Shown here: one piece after another, positions 61,595-64,000 of the stretch | Layout: each line of letters begins with the position of its first letter | Numbering within the stretch: the stretch's first letter is position 1 | Source of the DNA: Gemmatales bacterium | GTDB lineage: Bacteria; Planctomycetota; Planctomycetia; Gemmatales; HRBIN36 | Assembly: GCA_041640595.1 (NCBI GenBank) | Contig: JBEPZY010000002.1 | Location: 146,984-210,983, forward strand | Direction: 5' to 3' | DNA: 64,000 bases | Notes under the pieces: model-generated | What the model was told of the DNA's origin: nothing | Database searches by the model: none | What the model saw: only the letters and a program-made list of their open reading frames with translations | Program-made: the position numbers and the translations under genes

Positions 61595-62887
61595 TTACCA
61601 GCCGGTGGGGAAGCGGCCGGGGTTAAAGAGATATTTCGGGTCGAAGGTCTCTTTGATGCGGCGTTGCAGAAAGGCATCGGCACTCGGTTGGCCCCAGACG
61701 AGTTCCGGCGTCTTCCATGCGCTGGGACAGCGGAGTAACACTACCCGTCCGGGCGACGGTGCGGATTCGGGCGACGCCTGGTAAAACCCCGCGGCCGTCG
61801 CACGCAATGCTTCCAGATGCCGCGCCAGCGTTGCCGGATCGGGCATTTCCGACCAGTGTCCGTACACCGTGCCGCTGGTGGCATGGGCCAGCAGGGCTGG
61901 TGGGCCCAGATGCTGAGCGGCTCGCAAGAGGGCGGCAACCTGGCTCGGCAATACCTGAGCGCGAAACGTCGCCTGAGCGGAGGGGAAAAGTAGAAAATCC
62001 GCCAGTTGCTGCCACAACGGCGATTCGGGATCGTCCCAGACGGCTAGCACGGCCACGCCAGGCAGATCGGCCAGTTCGCTTTGCCAGTGTTGCGTTTGCC
62101 AGCGAACCGTGGTGGTTTTTTCCTCAAAACCGACCAGCGCGAGATACGCCTGCGGTTCGGCCCAGGATCGCAGAAGTTCGAAATGGTCAGCGGCAGGAGC
62201 GTTGAGCACGGCCACGCCCACCGGTCGCGTGCGCGATTGCTGACATCGTTCCAGAAAACCCGCCAGCCCTTCCTGACCGACCCGGCAAAGCACCAGGGCC
62301 CGGCTTTCCGGTAAAGGGCGCACCTTGAACGTTACTTCGGTGATGATGCCCAGCGTACCGAGCGCCCCGATGTGGAGTTTGTGCAAATCGTAACCGGCAA
62401 CATTTTTTACCACCCGCCCGCCGGAACGCACCGCTTCGCCCTGGTCGTTGATCACGGTCATGCCGAGCACATAATCCCGCCAGGAACCATAACCAGCCTT
62501 TCGCCAGCCCGGCAGGTTACACGCCAGCGTTCCGCCTACGGTGGCCTGCTCCGCGAACGGTACATCGAGCGGCAACCATTGCCGATTCGCGCGCAACGTC
62601 CGTTGCAGTTCCGCCAGGGCGATTCCCGCCTGAACGGTGATGGTCATGTCAGCGGCGGGATAATCCAGCACACGGTTCAGCCCGCGCAAATCCACCGCCC
62701 GACCCGAACGAGTCGGCGGCAGGCCATACTGGAGCATCGTCCGGCCACCGACGGGAAAAACGGCTTCCCCGACCTGGGCGGCATGTTGCACCACTTCGGC
62801 CAGTTCGGTTGCCTGGCTCACGGCATGGACCGGAAATGGGCCCGCGTCATCCAGGAACAATTCCTCGTGGACCTGTGCCGACGACAT
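61595..62887 (-). CDS. glcE: FAD-binding oxidoreductase, glycolate oxidase subunit GlcE-like
   Basis: ATVGGTLA, SGGRVVKNVAGYDLHKLHIGALGTLGII and FDPKYLFNPGRF. Confidence 0.9.
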   Translation of the reverse strand: MSSAQVHEELFLDDAGPFPVHAVSQATELAEVVQHAAQVGEAVFPVGGRTMLQYGLPPTRSGRAVDLRGLNRVLDYPAADMTITVQAGIALAELQRTLRANRQWLPLDVPFAEQATVGGTLACNLPGWRKAGYGSWRDYVLGMTVINDQGEAVRSGGRVVKNVAGYDLHKLHIGALGTLGIITEVTFKVRPLPESRALVLCRVGQEGLAGFLERCQQSRTRPVGVAVLNAPAADHFELLRSWAEPQAYLALVGFEEKTTTVRWQTQHWQSELADLPGVAVLAVWDDPESPLWQQLADFLLFPSAQATFRAQVLPSQVAALLRAAQHLGPPALLAHATSGTVYGHWSEMPDPATLARHLEALRATAAGFYQASPESAPSPGRVVLLRCPSAWKTPELVWGQPSADAFLQRRIKETFDPKYLFNPGRFPTGW

Positions 62888-62986
62888 GTTCAGCTTCCTG
62901 GCTTGGTGTTAAATCGGCTGGGCGAGCGGGCGAGTATCAGGAGAGACAATGATTCCAGCCCGTTGGGTGTGCTCGGCGTGTTCGGT

Positions 62987-63874
62987 TCAGGTGGACGCTC
63001 GGGGAATCAGCCGGGCCGTGCATTGCCGAATCGCCAGCGGCAGGTAATCGGCAAAATCGCTGGCGATGAGACCGATTTCTCCTTTCGCTTCACGAGCCAG
63101 ATCGCCAGCGCGACCGTGAATAAAGACCGCCAGTTGAGCGGCGGTGAACGGTTCGAGGCGTTGCGCCAGCAGAGCCGCCAGGAGTCCCGTGAGCACATCG
63201 CCGCTTCCGCCCGTGGCCATACCGGGATTGCCGGTACTATTGCGATAAATCCGCTCGCCATCGGTCACAATCGTGCCGTGTCCTTTGAGCACGACGATTA
63301 CGCCATATTCGCGGGCAAACCGAGCCGCCAGTTCTTCCCGCTGCGTCTGCACCACGGCCGTGGAAACGCCCAGCAGACGGGCAAATTCTCCCGGATGCGG
63401 CGTCAGGATACGCACCGCCGATGTGCTTCGCAGCACCGAACTGCCGAGCTGGGCCAGATTGTTCAGCGCATCGGCATCCAGCACCAGCGGACGGGCAAGT
63501 TCGTTGAGCAGTCGCGCCAGCAGAAATTCCAGGGCTGCACTCTGACCGAGTCCCGGCCCGATAGCCACGACCGTGGCCAGGCTCGCCAGTTCGCGGATAT
63601 TGTCCAGCGCCCGCACGCTCAAGCGACCGGCATTATCCTGCGGCAGGGCTGCCGTCAGATAACACGGATTGGCCTGGGCGACGATCGGTTGCACCTCCTG
63701 CGGACTGGCCACCTGCACCAGTCCCGCACCACCACGTAACGCTCCCAGTCCGCATAATATCGCCGCTCCGCTCATCCCGCGACTGCCGGCGATCACCAGC
63801 ACCCGGCCGAATGTCCCCTTGTGGCTATCCGGCGGTCGCGGCGGCAGCAACGGCAACGTATCCACGATGGTCAT
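62987..63874 (-). CDS. nnrD: ADP-dependent NAD(P)H-hydrate dehydratase (YjeF C-terminal domain, standalone)
   Basis: DSHKGTFGRVL..AGS, IGPGLG, LDADALN, LTPHPGEFARL and MATGGSGDVLTG. Confidence 0.95.
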   Translation of the reverse strand: MTIVDTLPLLPPRPPDSHKGTFGRVLVIAGSRGMSGAAILCGLGALRGGAGLVQVASPQEVQPIVAQANPCYLTAALPQDNAGRLSVRALDNIRELASLATVVAIGPGLGQSAALEFLLARLLNELARPLVLDADALNNLAQLGSSVLRSTSAVRILTPHPGEFARLLGVSTAVVQTQREELAARFAREYGVIVVLKGHGTIVTDGERIYRNSTGNPGMATGGSGDVLTGLLAALLAQRLEPFTAAQLAVFIHGRAGDLAREAKGEIGLIASDFADYLPLAIRQCTARLIPRAST

Positions 63875-64000
63875 ATTCGCTTGCGTGCCTCTGTCTTTGC
63901 AGGCCCTCGACGAGCATGAGCCGATCCACTGGCGATGGCCCGTTGCTTGCTTCAGGCCATTGTATTTATTGGCGGGAAAACCGTTCGCCCAGGCGGAACC

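Noticed and set aside
1..64000. tRNA/rRNA genes, integrase, transposase, prophage or known defence genes
   Set aside because: No T-loop/cloverleaf, rRNA signature or catalytic motifs recognised by eye.

Overview
This is a GC-rich bacterial chromosomal segment. It is most likely from a Planctomycetota member (inferred from the Minf_1886-family gene, a giant PilM fusion, a 4-ACT aspartokinase and a WD40 protein). Coding content is mostly housekeeping: rpoN 3' end, cysteine desulfurase, uracil-DNA glycosylase, recG, lysC, acpP-fabF-carA-glcD, parB, ybeY, glcE and nnrD. It also holds several secreted or hypothetical proteins, a three-gene type IV pilus alignment-complex cluster, an orphan ArsM-type arsenite methyltransferase, and an AT-richer two-gene island with a divergent sigma-factor-like gene. 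No tRNA, rRNA, cas, integrase or transposase gene was recognised. The most unusual signal is non-coding. (1) About 40 copies of a 26-nt REP-like palindrome with compensatory stem changes form six BIME/REPIN-like clusters that share linker sequences. (2) Most large intergenic gaps contain short tandem or interspaced direct repeats whose sequences are unrelated between loci but whose period is nearly constant (mostly 72-75 nt, with a second class at 66-68 nt). These lengths match the REP linker lengths, and several arrays begin inside the 3' end of the neighbouring gene. A near-consensus parS site lies about 11 kb from parB. All family assignments come from motif recognition by eye, with no database search. 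Where a better RBS or signal peptide was seen, start codons were adjusted from the ORF track.
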